Assembly (NCBI GenBank): GCA_963727445.1
Contig: CAVSGI010000021.1
Location: 128,001-192,000, forward strand
From: an uncultured delta proteobacterium
GTDB taxonomy: Bacteria > Myxococcota_A > Polyangia > Polyangiales > B10-G4
Length of the DNA: 64,000 nt
Direction: 5' to 3'
How positions within the stretch are numbered: position 1 is the stretch's first letter; each line of letters starts with the position of its first letter. Under the pieces are notes generated by a model. The model was not told where the DNA came from. It saw only the letters and a program-made list of their open reading frames with translations, and searched no databases. Positions 62,719 through 64,000 of the stretch are shown one piece after another. The translations under genes were made by a program, and so were the position numbers.

Positions 62719-64000
62719 TCATGGCCCCGTGACCTCCGAGTCGGGCACTTCGACCAGGCATTTGAACTCGTCGCGGGTCCTGAGGGGTGGAACGGCGTCC
62801 GGCGTGAAGCGGATCTCCGAGCATCCATCCCGCAGCTCGTAGCTCCAGCCGGAGCCCGCGCCGCCGGGCACCTGGTCCACGAGGCACTGGGCGCGGCCGG
62901 TCGCCGGGTCGATGCCGAGAATCGCTGCGGCCGGGCAGCTCCTCGCAGCGCATTCCCTCGGGCAGCAGCTCCTCCACCACGCAGTCCACCGAGCCGTCTT
63001 CGTTGGGGACGAGGCCCCGATCGAGGCAGACGCCGTCGAGCTGATGGCCGATGCGACGGGTGAGCTCGGCGATCGCCGGGCGGAAGTCGTCCTCGCAGAT
63101 GCTCCGCACGAGGGCGTCCTCGATCTCCCCGGCGACCTCCACCACGCGCCGCGCGGGCGTCGCACGGCTGCGCTCCGTCCCATCGGTGTTCGTCGCGACG
63201 CAGGCGGGTCGGATGCCCAGGAGCTCGGCGTCGTCGTAGACGTAGTCCATCGCGGGGTCTGCGAGGATCGTCGCCGGTGATTGGCCGGCCATCGCGACCG
63301 GGATGCCCGTGATCGCCGCGAAGACGAAGCCGCTCTGATCGCGCCCCGCCGAAAGGTCCTGCGCGAGCGACGCGGCGTCGCGCAAGAGCGACGGGTTCTC
63401 GACGCAGTAGCGGTTGAGCGCCTTGGCGTCGCTCGCGGGGACGCTGGCGTAGAACGCGGTCGGGTCCCCGACGGAGCAGTCCTCCTCGTCGGTGAGGACG
63501 AGCACGGCGAGGAGCGCGTCGTCGCGCGGAAAGCCCGTCTCGTCGATGCGCGACAGGGCCTTGGCGCCCGAGCCGAGGGGCTGCTCGAAACCGCAGCCCT
63601 GTATCCCGGCGTTGGCCACGCAGCCCACGCGATCGACGAAGGCGTCGACGTCCTCGCCCATCTGCCAGGTCTGTAGCGGGCTTCCCGAGCCGTCGCACGC
63701 GACGTCCTCGCGGAAGCGCGCATCCGGGCCGTAGGGATCCATCAGCCTCGAGTCGAGGCCGCAGCCGGCGAGGCCGCGGAACTCGACGCCGTTGGTGCCC
63801 ATGTCGGTGGTCACGATGGCGACGCGAAGCGACTCCACCGCGGGCCAATCGGGCTCGCCGTCGCCGTCCTCGTCGGGGGGGGCGGTGAGCCCGCGCACCA
63901 GGTTCGGGATCTCGCGCCCCAGCAGATCCTGCTCTTCGCGCATCGAGCCGGAGTCGTCGACCACCAGCAGGAGATCCACGTCGGTGAAGCCGCCGGTGCT
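62719..64000 (-). CDS. Paralogous vWA-like protein (5'-truncated by window edge); frameshift at ~62925
   Basis: VDLLLVVDDSGSMREEQ, GCGFEQPL, DEEDCS, SICEDDFRPAI; C-terminus ILGIDPATGRAQCLVDQVP...stop 62719 in a shifted frame aligns with the paralog. Confidence 0.8.

Overview
High-GC bacterial chromosome segment. Its gene content (MYXO-CTERM-type sorting tails, Cys-rich and D-A/S/T-G-linker lipoproteins, vWA lipoproteins, a Hanks-type kinase, sigma54-like promoters) points to Myxococcota, probably Polyangia/Sandaracinus-like (inference). It holds about 55 CDSs. Housekeeping genes include prlC, recQ, rlmKL, queE, rmlBACD, a class I aldolase, tadA, hmgA and comM-recA. There is also a stable-RNA cluster with all four tRNA-Ser isoacceptors, tRNA-Arg(ACG) and SRP RNA. 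I saw no prophage, transposase or CRISPR-Cas. The most unusual features are three non-coding repeat families: (1) a near-perfect tandem array of a highly structured 225-bp unit at 5.6-6.4 kb; (2) a 29-bp AT-rich REP/MITE-like inverted-repeat cluster at 19.5-19.9 kb, abutting the TAA stops of both convergent neighbours and flanked by mirror-image G depletion; (3) a ~120-bp long hairpin present twice, downstream of tRNA-Ser(GCT) and SRP RNA, with compensatory base changes. Four single-base frameshifts cluster in the last 12.5 kb and are probably assembly errors. All calls are from reading the sequence; no database searches were run.
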